DNA from: a bacterium
GTDB lineage: Bacteria; Electryoneota; JAOADG01
Assembly: GCA_963681965.1 (NCBI GenBank)
Contig: OY820579.1
Coordinates: 1,472,001 to 1,536,000, forward strand
Direction: 5' to 3'
Length of the DNA: 64,000 nucleotides
Part shown: positions 9,479 through 18,416 of the stretch, one piece after another
How positions within the stretch are numbered: the first letter of the stretch is position 1
Layout of the letters: each line of letters begins with the position of its first letter
The notes under the pieces: generated by a model
What the model was told of the DNA's origin: nothing
The model's input: only the letters and a program-made list of their open reading frames with translations
The model's database searches: none
Position numbers and translations under genes: made by a program

Positions 9479-10992
9479 AGTCAGCAATGAACATTCGACG
9501 ACTGTTACCAATATTCTGCCTGACAATCGTGATGAGCTTTGTTCCAAAGCTTGTGTTGGCGCTCGCTCCGATCGACCGAGTGGTTCAAATCAATACTAAC
9601 GCGAGCGAGGGATTGGAATTTCGAACCACGGGTACTTTGCTCGTGCAGAAAACCGCTACAGCCGGCGAATATATTTTGACCGGTACTCTTCCAGCAAATG
9701 CAAATACAGCCTATAGTTTTCTCTCCGGTAATTCGGTTACACTCACTCAAGTGTCGAATGGCGTCAAGGTAAAACTTACCGGGCAGACCAAAGGCACCGT
9801 TTCATTGGCGCCATCGAGTCGAGGAATGGTGTTGCGATGGACACCAATCAACGCCAAACCAGATGAACCGGTCGTTTCGGCTGCGAAATCGAATGATCCA
9901 AAAGAACCGAAAAGTAAGAAAGTGTCGGCAACTGATTCGTTGTCGGTGACCATGCAGGCACAGCACTTTATCAATTTGCTCCACAATATTCAACCGACTG
10001 GGATGAAAGAAACCATTCTCGATCAAGGTCGAGAAGCGCTGCAGAAACGCAATTTCGGTCAAGCAATAAAAATCTTTACAGAAGCGAGTAAGGATTCCGG
10101 ATTGGAAACGCAAGCCTTGATGTTGTTAGCGCAAACCTATCAATTAAAAGGTGAAAAGAAGAATTACGAAAAGACTTGGGCGCAGTATCTGGAAGCGGCT
10201 AAACGCAGTTATTCTGGCAGTGGCAAGGATACACTCATTTCCTTATTGAACTTTCATCCACCGGTGATGAGTTCACTTCCACCACTGGAGTTACCGGAGG
10301 GAATGAAAGGATTGAAAGTACCCGGTCAAGAAGAACTCCCTCCTCCAGACACCGTCCAAAAGACCCACTCTCAGGGGAGTGTGGTATCGGAAAATGGATC
10401 CGATAGTGTCGAAAATCGCACAAGTTTCACACCATCTTCGAAAACTGACGCTGCCCATAGTGAGGTGAATAGTCAAGAAACTGCGAATATCCACTACCTG
10501 GATTCACTCAAAAAGATCGCTGAATCCCATTCTGGTTTTCCTTGGATGATTGTCGTCATTACCGCAGTAGTAAGTTTGCTGATTAGCTTCGCAGGTTTCT
10601 ATTTTTGGACGCAACGCAAACCGAAACAAGCAGCGGAAACTTCGATCGAGACATCACCGGAAACACCGCGAGCTGTCCCATCGTTTCTGGCACCACAGGA
10701 AAATCCTGAAACTGTGAAACAACCTGCGGTTCCATCGGGAATGGCGAATGTTGCTTCTTCCTATTCGGCAAATAGTAAATTATCTTCTGATAATAAAACC
10801 GGAGCCAATGAGACTGCGGCAGGTCTTTCCGAAGAAGATGAAGCAGAAGAAGAAGCTGAACTTGAATCGGACGGTAAACGACAGATGATTTACGAACTTG
10901 AAGCTAGTGGTTTATCGATTCGTGAAATAGCGCAGAAAATGGGAATTGGACAAGACGAAGTTAGAACATTTTTAAGTCTTCGAAAGGTGTAG
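9475..10992 (+). CDS. Bitopic membrane protein: signal peptide, TPR-like periplasmic part, TM helix, C-terminal HTH-like domain (DUF6115/SwrB-like)
   Basis: N-terminal signal; TM WMIVVITAVVSLLISFAGFYFW; C-terminal IYELEASGLSIREIAQKMGIGQDEV. Confidence 0.65.
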   Translation: MKSAMNIRRLLPIFCLTIVMSFVPKLVLALAPIDRVVQINTNASEGLEFRTTGTLLVQKTATAGEYILTGTLPANANTAYSFLSGNSVTLTQVSNGVKVKLTGQTKGTVSLAPSSRGMVLRWTPINAKPDEPVVSAAKSNDPKEPKSKKVSATDSLSVTMQAQHFINLLHNIQPTGMKETILDQGREALQKRNFGQAIKIFTEASKDSGLETQALMLLAQTYQLKGEKKNYEKTWAQYLEAAKRSYSGSGKDTLISLLNFHPPVMSSLPPLELPEGMKGLKVPGQEELPPPDTVQKTHSQGSVVSENGSDSVENRTSFTPSSKTDAAHSEVNSQETANIHYLDSLKKIAESHSGFPWMIVVITAVVSLLISFAGFYFWTQRKPKQAAETSIETSPETPRAVPSFLAPQENPETVKQPAVPSGMANVASSYSANSKLSSDNKTGANETAAGLSEEDEAEEEAELESDGKRQMIYELEASGLSIREIAQKMGIGQDEVRTFLSLRKV

Positions 10993-11000
10993 GTGATTAG

Positions 11001-11666
11001 ATGATTGAGCCAACAAATCTGAATTATTCCGATTGGCCTCCTGGAGAAGCGCTGGGATTACGTCGGTTGGCACACGACCTAATGACTCCGATTACCGTTT
11101 TAATGGGTAATTTACAACTCTTTTTAATGCGTAAAGATTTGCCACCTCCCGTCGCTGCGAAAATAGAAGACTTGTACAAACAGGCTCAGCACCTGATGAA
11201 AATGGTCCAGGATTCATCGCAACACGCATACGACACAGTATGGTCCGGCACCAGTGGTTCGATTGCCGAACGTTGGGAAGCTGGTAAGGAAGTCGCCAGC
11301 AGCGTATTGACTCGTGCTGGAGTTGCTGTCGACATCATGCAACCAACGCCGACTGTTATTTGGAATGGTGAACCGGAAGCTTGGCGCGAGTGGATGGGTT
11401 CAGTCTTTGCATCGGTTGCCAATCGTATGGAGCGCGGTGGGAAAATCGAATTATCTGCCACTGACCGCGGATGGAAATTAACCGCTTCGCATTTGAATCT
11501 TGAATCCAATAATTTTCCGGAATGGTTAGCCAGTCTGCGAGCAGAGCAAAGTGATATCAATCTTGCCGGCTACCGACGCTACTGCGAATTATTAGTGATC
11601 AACTCTTGTATTCCACAGGTCAACTTGGAAGGAAAGAACTTGACGATCGAGTACAATCTCGGCTAG
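11001..11666 (+). CDS. HisKA-domain protein with degenerate ATPase domain (histidine phosphotransferase-like)
   Basis: H-box LAHDLMTPITVLMG; no recognisable N/F/G2 boxes; no sensor domain. Confidence 0.6.
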   Translation: MIEPTNLNYSDWPPGEALGLRRLAHDLMTPITVLMGNLQLFLMRKDLPPPVAAKIEDLYKQAQHLMKMVQDSSQHAYDTVWSGTSGSIAERWEAGKEVASSVLTRAGVAVDIMQPTPTVIWNGEPEAWREWMGSVFASVANRMERGGKIELSATDRGWKLTASHLNLESNNFPEWLASLRAEQSDINLAGYRRYCELLVINSCIPQVNLEGKNLTIEYNLG

Positions 11667-11690
11667 TAACCCTTTCTTTATATTTAAACC

Positions 11691-11724
11691 GGTTGTCGTA
11701 TTCAAGGAATTGAATACGGCAATC
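11691..11724 (+). terminator. Stem-loop downstream of the flhA-fliA operon
   Basis: GGTTGTCGTATTCAA-ggaa-TTGAATACGGCAATC inverted repeat; no clear U-tract. Confidence 0.4.
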
Positions 11725-11813
11725 GTTGCCTATAGTAGTCCCTCCATACCTAATATTCCCCCATTATCATCTATAAGTAATTAATTATCAACTCCGCCGA
11801 TGGTGCTCTCGGA

Positions 11814-11829
11814 TGGCACAACCCTTGCT
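11814..11829 (+). promoter_or_regulatory. Sigma-54 (-24/-12) promoter upstream of flgF
   Basis: TGGCACAACCCTTGCT, about 30 bp before the flgF ATG. Confidence 0.85.
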
Positions 11830-11858
11830 CACATTTAAGTGGACAATCAGGGTGACTC

Positions 11859-12593
11859 ATGGTTAAAGGGTTTTATGACGCAACTGCAGGATTGCACGCG
11901 AGATCGATCCAACAGGATACAATCTCGAACAATCTTGCCAACGTGAGTACCGAAGGGTATCGCACGCAACGGTTGGCATTTCGCAATCTACTGGATCACA
12001 AATTGGTTGTGGATCGTCCCGGTGGTACAGTCGAGGCTTGGAACAAATTTGAAGAGGGGCGATACGATATCACCCAGCAAGGTCCACTCCGTTCGACCGG
12101 CAATCCACTGGATATCGCAATCGAGGGGGAAGGGTATTTCTCGATCGAGACTGCCGACGGTCCTGCGTATACCCGCAACGGATGTTTTACCCGCGATGTC
12201 AATGGTCGACTTGTCGCCGCTGGTGGCAATCCGGTACGGATGGAAGGCGGTGGCGAACTGCAACTTCCAGCCGGTTCCGAAGTATTGATTGGCAAAGACG
12301 GTACGGTTCGGATCGATGATTCCGTGGTGGGAAAGTTGGAATTAGTGAATTGGCGTGCGGATGCGAAACTGGAGCGCTTGGGTGAGAATTTAATTCGACC
12401 GATTGATGATACTGCTACTACCGGTGGTGTAGCTGTGCAACAAGGGATGTTGGAAGATTCGAATGTGAACTCGATGCGGGAAATGGTGGATATGATCATG
12501 ACGCAGCGAATGTTCGAGTCGTTGTCGAAGTCGTTGACGACGACTGACGACACGCTTCGCGTGGCAATCAACGATATCGGTCGAACACAATAA
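11859..12593 (+). CDS. flgF: Flagellar basal-body rod protein FlgF
   Basis: SNNLANVSTEGY, TGNPLDIAIEGEGYF, YTRNG, LEDSNVN; precedes flgG. Confidence 0.9.
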   Translation: MVKGFYDATAGLHARSIQQDTISNNLANVSTEGYRTQRLAFRNLLDHKLVVDRPGGTVEAWNKFEEGRYDITQQGPLRSTGNPLDIAIEGEGYFSIETADGPAYTRNGCFTRDVNGRLVAAGGNPVRMEGGGELQLPAGSEVLIGKDGTVRIDDSVVGKLELVNWRADAKLERLGENLIRPIDDTATTGGVAVQQGMLEDSNVNSMREMVDMIMTQRMFESLSKSLTTTDDTLRVAINDIGRTQ

Positions 12594-12610
12594 GAGGTTA
12601 GGAGTTAGTC

Positions 12611-13399
12611 ATGATTCGGGCATTAAGAACAGCAGCCAGCGGAATGTATGCCGAGCAATTGAAGATTGACACCGTTGCCAATAATCTTGCAAATGTCAAT
12701 ACTGCGGGTTTTAAAAAACAGTCAGTGCAATTTCAGGATTTGATTTATCAATCCACACTCGCTGCTTCAGCGGGTCAAGGCGACGGCACGGTCGCGCCCG
12801 TGCCGATTGCCGTCGGACATGGTGTTCGTCCGATTTCTACCGACCGGATCTTTGCACAAGGGACGCCACAAGAGACGAATAATTCACTCGATGTGATGAT
12901 TGAAGGTACCGGATTCTTTCAGGTTCGTCGGGCTGACGGGCGAATTGCCTACACCCGCGACGGCACCTTCAAGCTGAGTTCCGATGGTGCATTGGTGACT
13001 TCCGGCGGGTATCACCTCGAACCCGATGTTCAAATTCCCGAAGATGCTGCCAGTATTGTGATCGGTCGCGATGGCACGATCGCAGTAACGACTGCCAGCA
13101 ATCCTCAGACACAAACGGTGGGTCAATTCGAATTGGCAAAATTTGTGAATAGTGCCGGATTGAAACCGATTGGACAAAATCTATTCGAAGAATCGGCTGC
13201 CTCGGGTACATCGACGGTAACTTCCCCCGGTAAAGAAGGGAATGGAGAATTAGTGCAGGGTTTTGTCGAGGGATCGAACGTGCAGGTTGTCGAGGAAATG
13301 GTATCGATGATTTTGGCACAACGAGCCTACGAAGCGAATACGAAATCCATTCAAACTGCCGATTCGATGTTGCAATTGGTGAATTCACTGAAACGGTAG
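12611..13399 (+). CDS. flgG: Flagellar distal rod protein FlgG
   Basis: MIRALRTAASGM, ANNLANVNTAGFKK, FQDLIYQ, YTRDG, AQRAYEANTK. Confidence 0.97.
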   Translation: MIRALRTAASGMYAEQLKIDTVANNLANVNTAGFKKQSVQFQDLIYQSTLAASAGQGDGTVAPVPIAVGHGVRPISTDRIFAQGTPQETNNSLDVMIEGTGFFQVRRADGRIAYTRDGTFKLSSDGALVTSGGYHLEPDVQIPEDAASIVIGRDGTIAVTTASNPQTQTVGQFELAKFVNSAGLKPIGQNLFEESAASGTSTVTSPGKEGNGELVQGFVEGSNVQVVEEMVSMILAQRAYEANTKSIQTADSMLQLVNSLKR

Positions 13400-13403
13400 C
13401 GCA

Positions 13404-14075
13404 ATGAAAGCACTCGAGACACTCATTCTAATTATGGTAAATGCACTTTTGCTGCAAGCATCCTCATTGAATTCGGATGTAGTCAAGCAGACGATCGAAC
13501 ATGCATTTTCCTACTCGAATTCCGGGAATGGTGTCACATCGTGGAAACTGATCGAACCGGTTCCGCAACTTCCACTATCCGATAGTGTCACGGCGCTTCC
13601 TACAATCATCCACCACAGTGGAATTCACACAGTCTGGTTACAGACTTGGCGAAAAGGATTGCGCTGCAAGACAGTCGGTGTCAAAGTCGATGTAGTGAAG
13701 CAAGCAAAAGTCGCAGTTGTTAAGAAACCAATTAAGTCGGGTGAACCGTTGTCGGGTGCCTTCGATACAATCCTTAGGGAAATCGGTGTATTGAATGATC
13801 GTGCAATCAAACCGGAAGATGCCAATGGAATGGTCGCTGTTCGCGATATCAATGCGGGTGAAGTCGTACAGGTCGGATGGGCAAAACAACCGTATGCCGT
13901 GCGACGTAACTCGCCAGTAACGGTGCTTTCCGGTGCCGACAATGTCTCCGTACAAGTCGACGGTATCGCTTCGATGGACGGTCGAGTCGGCGATCGCGTG
14001 GCAGTAAAAACGAGTGTTTCGAAGCAGTCGCTATGGGGTCGTGTCGAAGGTCCCGGTGTAGTTCGAGTGCAGTAG
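13404..14075 (+). CDS. flgA: P-ring formation chaperone FlgA
   Basis: Signal peptide, SAF-like domain, VRRNSPVTV...GIASMDGRVGDRVAV; between flgG and flgH. Confidence 0.85.
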   Translation: MKALETLILIMVNALLLQASSLNSDVVKQTIEHAFSYSNSGNGVTSWKLIEPVPQLPLSDSVTALPTIIHHSGIHTVWLQTWRKGLRCKTVGVKVDVVKQAKVAVVKKPIKSGEPLSGAFDTILREIGVLNDRAIKPEDANGMVAVRDINAGEVVQVGWAKQPYAVRRNSPVTVLSGADNVSVQVDGIASMDGRVGDRVAVKTSVSKQSLWGRVEGPGVVRVQ

Positions 14076-14092
14076 GAAGAAGGAGCATAAAG

Positions 14093-14665
14093 ATGCGTCA
14101 GATCGGTTTAGTATTGCTGTTACTTCCCATGATTGTGCTGGGACAAGGTCGTGCCGATTGGGCAAATGGGTCGCCGTATTCCGACACTCGATCGATGCAA
14201 ATCGGTGGAATCCTGACCGTGATCATCATGGAATTGTCGCAGGCAACGAACGAAGCGGGATCGAACACCAAAGCCGACATTAAAAATAATCTTGCGTTTA
14301 CACCGAGCGGTATGCTTGCAAAATCAATGCAAGGCGCCGGATTCGATCTACCGCTGAAGCACGAGACCAATAACAATGGCGGTACATCGCAACGCGGAAG
14401 TGTAACCGGTAAACTTACAGTTTTCATAAAAGGGGTTGATTCGACTGGGAATTTTATCATTGAGGGAACGCGGACAGTGAATGTAAACGGTGACAAGCAA
14501 ATCATGACATTGACTGGAAAAGTTCGCCCACAGGACATCAATCCCGATAACACCGTTTATAGTTACAATATCGGTAATGCCGATCTCAATGTAACCGGTA
14601 AAGGCATCTCGCATAGTGCATCGCGTCCCGGTTTTCTGTCACGATTATTCGCTTGGATTCTGTAA
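14093..14665 (+). CDS. flgH: Flagellar L-ring protein FlgH
   Basis: YSDTRS..IGGILTVII, GNFIIEG, GKVRPQDI..DNTV; ATG 14093 follows AAGGAG. Confidence 0.92.
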   Translation: MRQIGLVLLLLPMIVLGQGRADWANGSPYSDTRSMQIGGILTVIIMELSQATNEAGSNTKADIKNNLAFTPSGMLAKSMQGAGFDLPLKHETNNNGGTSQRGSVTGKLTVFIKGVDSTGNFIIEGTRTVNVNGDKQIMTLTGKVRPQDINPDNTVYSYNIGNADLNVTGKGISHSASRPGFLSRLFAWIL

Positions 14666-15804
14666 TGAAGAGGATGAACATGAGGAATAATCCGACCAGT
14701 CGAATATTTTTTGCAATAGCACTGGTTTCTGCGATTGTCGCAGTTGCCGGAGCGGCGACTCGTGTTAAGGATATCGCCGATGTTCTTACTGGTCCGACGG
14801 TAACGTTGCAGGGATACGGTTTAGTGATTGGTTTGGAAGGTTCGGGCGATGGATCGCGAACAGTTTTCACACAGCAATCGCTTGCCAGCTATCTCGACAG
14901 GTTGGGTATTCGCGTCGATCCCAATGTTGTCCGAGTGAAGAATGTTGCTGCTGTGATGGTCACAGCGAAGATGGTGCCATTTTCACGCGCAGGTCAAAAA
15001 TATGATGTCGTGCTTTCATCATTAGGCGATGCCAAATCGTTGAATGGCGGCAATCTGATGGCGACACCGTTATTGGGTCCCGATGGTTTAGTATACGGCA
15101 ATGCGCAAGGTCCGGTTCTTACTGGTGGTTATTCGGTTGAATCCGAAGGGCAGCGCGAAGCCGTAAATCCCTCTGTAGTCGGTCGCATCGTGAGCGGGTT
15201 AACACTGACGAGAACCCCAGCTTCTTCGGTTGCGACCGACTCGGTTATTTTCATGTTGAAAACGCCGGATTTTACTTCCGCCAAGAAGTTATCCGATCGT
15301 CTGCGAGCCGCGACTTCTCTGTTGTCCGGCGGTTTCACTGCCTATCCGGTCGATCCCTCCACAATTGTGATGATGCTCCCCGATACTCTTCAGAATCCTG
15401 CCGGTTGGATGACCGCGGTAGCTGCAGCGGAAACGTTGGAAATCGAAACTGATGTTACTGCGCGAGTAGTCATTAATGAGCGCACTGGAACGGTTGTTGT
15501 CGGCGATCGAGTTCGATTGTTACCCGTCGCGATTGCACATGGCGCACTGTCGATCCGGGTAAAGCAGACACCGGTTGTATCGCAACCGAATGCATTTGGA
15601 CAGGGAACGACCGCACAATCCAATCAAACCGAATTGAATGTATCGCAACAGAATTCCGGATTGCAGGTGTTTCAACAGTCCGCGTCTGTGGGCGATGTTG
15701 CCAATGCATTGAATAAGCTGGGTGTTACTCCCCGCGATGTTGTCGCCATCTTTCAAGCATTGAAAGCTGCCGGAGCATTGCAAGCGGATCTGGTAATCAT
15801 ATAG
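14665..15804 (+). CDS. flgI: Flagellar P-ring protein FlgI
   Basis: RVKDIA, LQGYGLVIGLEGSGD, KNVAAVMVTA, ARVVINERTGTVV, ALKAAGALQA; start is 14665, 14674 or 14680. Confidence 0.97.
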   Translation: MKRMNMRNNPTSRIFFAIALVSAIVAVAGAATRVKDIADVLTGPTVTLQGYGLVIGLEGSGDGSRTVFTQQSLASYLDRLGIRVDPNVVRVKNVAAVMVTAKMVPFSRAGQKYDVVLSSLGDAKSLNGGNLMATPLLGPDGLVYGNAQGPVLTGGYSVESEGQREAVNPSVVGRIVSGLTLTRTPASSVATDSVIFMLKTPDFTSAKKLSDRLRAATSLLSGGFTAYPVDPSTIVMMLPDTLQNPAGWMTAVAAAETLEIETDVTARVVINERTGTVVVGDRVRLLPVAIAHGALSIRVKQTPVVSQPNAFGQGTTAQSNQTELNVSQQNSGLQVFQQSASVGDVANALNKLGVTPRDVVAIFQALKAAGALQADLVII

Positions 15805-15812
15805 GTCGTGCC

Positions 15813-16559
15813 ATGACAGCAATACCCTCGAAATTCGATAAAACTGAAATCGCACCGCTGACCGCTGCGAAGCATGTTCAGACTACTGCTGACCGGAAAA
15901 AAGCCGAGCAAGTCGCCAAGCAATTCGAAGCGGTTCTGGTGGCGACGATGGTGCGCGAGATGCGTCAGGGAACAGAGTTGTTTGGATCAAGCGATCCTTC
16001 GGCAAAAATGTTCGACACCATGTTCGATGAAGCATTGGCGACCCAGATGGGAAGTACTGGCAATGGTTTCGGTATCCGCAAAATGGTGCTGGATGCACTG
16101 GATCGCACGCAACACAAATTTGAGCCGACCAAAGACTTTAAGCCGGGTGTGAAGCAATGGGATCCGATGATCGAAAAAATCGCTACGGAAGAGGGTGTCG
16201 ATCCTAATCTGGTGCGCGCAGTGATGGAACGCGAATCCGGTGGTCATCAGACTGCGAGATCGCGTGCCGGTGCTTGCGGTTTGATGCAGTTAATGCCGGA
16301 TACCGCCCGGTCGCTGGGTGTCAAACAGATTTTCGATCCCGAACAAAACCTGCGCGGCGGCGTCAAGTATCTCAAAGAACAAATCGATCGCTTCGGTCGC
16401 GTCGATCTGGCACTGGCAGCCTACAATGCCGGACCAAATGCGGTTGAGCGACACCGCGGTATACCACCTTTCAGCGAAACACGAAGTTATGTGAGTAGTA
16501 TCATGAACCGACTCCAAAGTACCCTACTACCAACTCGAGAGGAGGACGCAAATGACTGA
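15813..16559 (+). CDS. flgJ: FlgJ rod-binding domain fused to SLT (GH23) lytic transglycosylase
   Basis: AKQFEAVLVATMVREMR rod-binding motif; ESGG, GLMQLMP, AAYNAG, ETRSYV SLT motifs. Confidence 0.88.
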   Translation: MTAIPSKFDKTEIAPLTAAKHVQTTADRKKAEQVAKQFEAVLVATMVREMRQGTELFGSSDPSAKMFDTMFDEALATQMGSTGNGFGIRKMVLDALDRTQHKFEPTKDFKPGVKQWDPMIEKIATEEGVDPNLVRAVMERESGGHQTARSRAGACGLMQLMPDTARSLGVKQIFDPEQNLRGGVKYLKEQIDRFGRVDLALAAYNAGPNAVERHRGIPPFSETRSYVSSIMNRLQSTLLPTREEDAND

Positions 16560-17052
16560 GCAGATTAAGGAATTAATCGAGTTGATTCGTTCCGAAGAAA
16601 ACCTGATGCAGGATTTCTTAACCGTTCTTGATCGCCAGAAAGTACTGTTACTCGAAAATCGACACGAAGAATTCGAAATGACGGTAACCGAACAGGAACG
16701 CTTATTAACCTCCATTCAACATCTCGAACAGAAGCGGATCGAAGTAATCGTAATGATTGCGAGTGGTCTGAAGATCGAAGGTGAAGAACTCACACTGGCA
16801 CGCTTGATCGAGATGACGCTGGGTGAATTCGACGAGGAATTGCGCGAATTAAAACGATCGCTGAATCGCTTGGTCGATCGCATTCGTAAAGCAAATCAGG
16901 TCAATGCGCATCTGGTTCATCGCTCGTTGAATTATCTCCAGAAATCGGTTACGTGGTTGATCGATTCCGGCGACTTAAGCGTGACTTATTCTCAAGCCGG
17001 TGAAATGAATCAATCGGCAGTCGGTGCCGTGTTGTTGAACAAGAAACTGTAG
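16552..17052 (+). CDS. flgN: Flagellar export chaperone FlgN
   Basis: All-helical 166 aa, NQVNAHL and C-terminal TYSQAG; directly before flgK. Confidence 0.85.
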   Translation: MTEQIKELIELIRSEENLMQDFLTVLDRQKVLLLENRHEEFEMTVTEQERLLTSIQHLEQKRIEVIVMIASGLKIEGEELTLARLIEMTLGEFDEELRELKRSLNRLVDRIRKANQVNAHLVHRSLNYLQKSVTWLIDSGDLSVTYSQAGEMNQSAVGAVLLNKKL

Positions 17053-17060
17053 GAGCCTAA

Positions 17061-18416
17061 ATGCCGTCGCTATTGTCTGCACTGCTGTCAGCACGCTCCG
17101 CATTATTGTCGAATCAGTCGAGTATGGCTGTCATTTCGCACAATATGTCGAATGCGAATACCGATGGCTATACCCGTCAATCGGCGGAAATGGTGGCAAT
17201 GGCTGGCATCGGCGATGCCAATGCCGCATACGGATTTGGTGTTGATGTCGCTTCGGTGACGCGGTCGCGAAACGATTATATCGATCGAAGCTTGCGTTCC
17301 GAACAAGGCGAATTAAGTCGCAACGAATATCTGCACGATCAATTATCGCAACTATCGCAAGCGATCGGTGATCCGACCGAAGGCGATTTTGTTACTTCGA
17401 TCAATGAATTCTGGTCGAGTTGGCAGGATTTGGCGAATGCGCCGGAATCGATTGCTGCCCGTGCTTCGGTACAAACCGCCGGTCAGGAAATGTGTGGTGA
17501 ATTTCAGCGCATTGCATTAACGATCGATGACTTGTCTTCCAATGCAAATTCGACGATTGATTCCGCAGTAACGAACGTTAATCAAATTTCGGCATCATTA
17601 GTCGAGCTGAATCGACAAATCGCTCGCGAGACATCGCAAAGTCGGCAACCCAACGACTTGATGGATCAGCGCGATAAACTTCTCGATCAACTTGCCAAAC
17701 TTGGCAATGTTTCAACTTCGACCGGCACCAATGGTGCATTTCGGGTACAATTCGGCGATACGATCCTCGTCGAAGGTGAGAGCGCTATTCAATTGCGCTC
17801 GACTCAATTAGCTGGCAAAACCGTCGTGATGTGGGAAGGCGGCGATCGGGAAGTAAAGCTCTCCTCCGGACAAGTTGCAGGTGCGTGCGATACATCGAAA
17901 CAGCTAAACGATTGGCGAGCAAACCTAGATACAATTGCGAAAACCATCGCCGACAAAGTGAATGAAATTCACCGGGTTGGTCGCGGTCTCGATGGATCGA
18001 CCGGAGTCAATTTCTTTGCTGCTAATATTACCAGCGCCGATCAAATGCGGCTAGATCCTTCGGTTCTTACTAGCGTCAATCGGATCGCTGGTTCAGGTGC
18101 CCAAGGGACAGGCGACGGTTTGACCGCGCGTGCTATCGGTAAACTATCAACGCTCTCGATCATCGATGGCAAAACTGTATCGGCATCCATTTCAGGTTTC
18201 ATCGGTACAGTCGGAACGGTAACGGCAAAAGCGGAAAACGATCGCGCGCAAGCCGAGGCGGGTGTTCAGCAAATGGATACCTGGCAAAAGTCAGTTTCGG
18301 GTGTAAATGTTGATGAAGAATTGATGAATATGATGAAATATCAACAATCGTTTGCGGCAGCAGGAAAAGTGTATACCATCGTGAATTCGATGATGGATAC
18401 TATCCTCAAATTATAG
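17061..18416 (+). CDS. flgK: Hook-associated protein FlgK
   Basis: SHNMSNANTDGYTRQ, NDLMDQRD, SVSGVNVDEE...YQQSF. Confidence 0.96.
   Translation: MPSLLSALLSARSALLSNQSSMAVISHNMSNANTDGYTRQSAEMVAMAGIGDANAAYGFGVDVASVTRSRNDYIDRSLRSEQGELSRNEYLHDQLSQLSQAIGDPTEGDFVTSINEFWSSWQDLANAPESIAARASVQTAGQEMCGEFQRIALTIDDLSSNANSTIDSAVTNVNQISASLVELNRQIARETSQSRQPNDLMDQRDKLLDQLAKLGNVSTSTGTNGAFRVQFGDTILVEGESAIQLRSTQLAGKTVVMWEGGDREVKLSSGQVAGACDTSKQLNDWRANLDTIAKTIADKVNEIHRVGRGLDGSTGVNFFAANITSADQMRLDPSVLTSVNRIAGSGAQGTGDGLTARAIGKLSTLSIIDGKTVSASISGFIGTVGTVTAKAENDRAQAEAGVQQMDTWQKSVSGVNVDEELMNMMKYQQSFAAAGKVYTIVNSMMDTILKL

Noticed and set aside
11996-12571. 191-aa minus-strand ORF
   Set aside because: Lies entirely antisense to the well-supported flgF.
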